From Leucoraja ocellata (taxonomy: Eukaryota): a DNA stretch of 64,000 bases. The notes under the pieces are model-generated. The model was not told where the DNA came from and ran no database searches. It saw only the letters and a list, made by a program, of their open reading frames with translations. Below, piece by piece: positions 63,666 to 64,000 of the stretch. Each line of letters starts with the position of its first letter. Positions within the stretch are counted from its first letter, which is position 1. Both the position numbers and the translations under genes were made by a program. The stretch spans positions 1,178,001-1,242,000 of the forward strand of contig JAWMAR010000175.1 of NCBI GenBank assembly GCA_036785375.1. The letters are read 5' to 3'.

Positions 63666-64000
63666 CTGGAAGGAAAATATTTTTGAATTAATGATTAACT
63701 GATCAAAAATATGCAGACTATGAATAGTTACAGATACAATTGTTCTCAGGAATACCTAACTTTTCTCACAGTAGGTGTATTAAATATATTCCCACAGATA
63801 ACTTTTCCCTCTCACTGTTTGAAGTCCCTTTTTGTTGCTTGGTGCCCAATGTATTATTAATGCTATTTTGAAAAAGGATGGAAGGAGATGGACAAGAGTT
63901 GCCTGGAATAAATCCCTCTCAATTCCATTTTCTTCCACGCAACTTTTGCTTTCCACATGAAGGAATCAAACCCGTGTAACTATGCCATGCAGAAAACCCT

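Overview
Eukaryotic, repeat-rich vertebrate genomic DNA. The repeat landscape (CR1 LINEs, HE1-type SINEs, Penelope GIY-YIG elements, Rex1/Babar, Tc1) is typical of a cartilaginous fish; that assignment is an inference. Most ORFs in the track are repeat-derived or spurious. Manual splice-site reading recovers three multi-exon genes. (1) A + strand Ig-superfamily receptor at 19455-31853, about 319 aa: leader, V domain, C1 domain, uncharged TM and a candidate tail with a YxxL motif. Its V domain looks CD28H/TMIGD2-like (extra Cys pair, VEIPPP loop, germline J-like GEGTRLTV), but it is followed by an antigen-receptor/MHC-type C1 domain. (2) About 10 kb downstream on the same strand, a B7-family gene at 42089-59162 (leader-V-C-V-TM, 368 aa) matching HHLA2/B7-H7. 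(3) The last four exons of CIP2A on the - strand (60898-63665), tail-to-tail with HHLA2, which supports the HHLA2 orthology by synteny. The main candidate novelty is a CD28H-like VJ-C1 receptor gene lying directly next to the gene for the known CD28H ligand, a possible ancestral linked receptor-ligand pair. Repeat boundaries are approximate.
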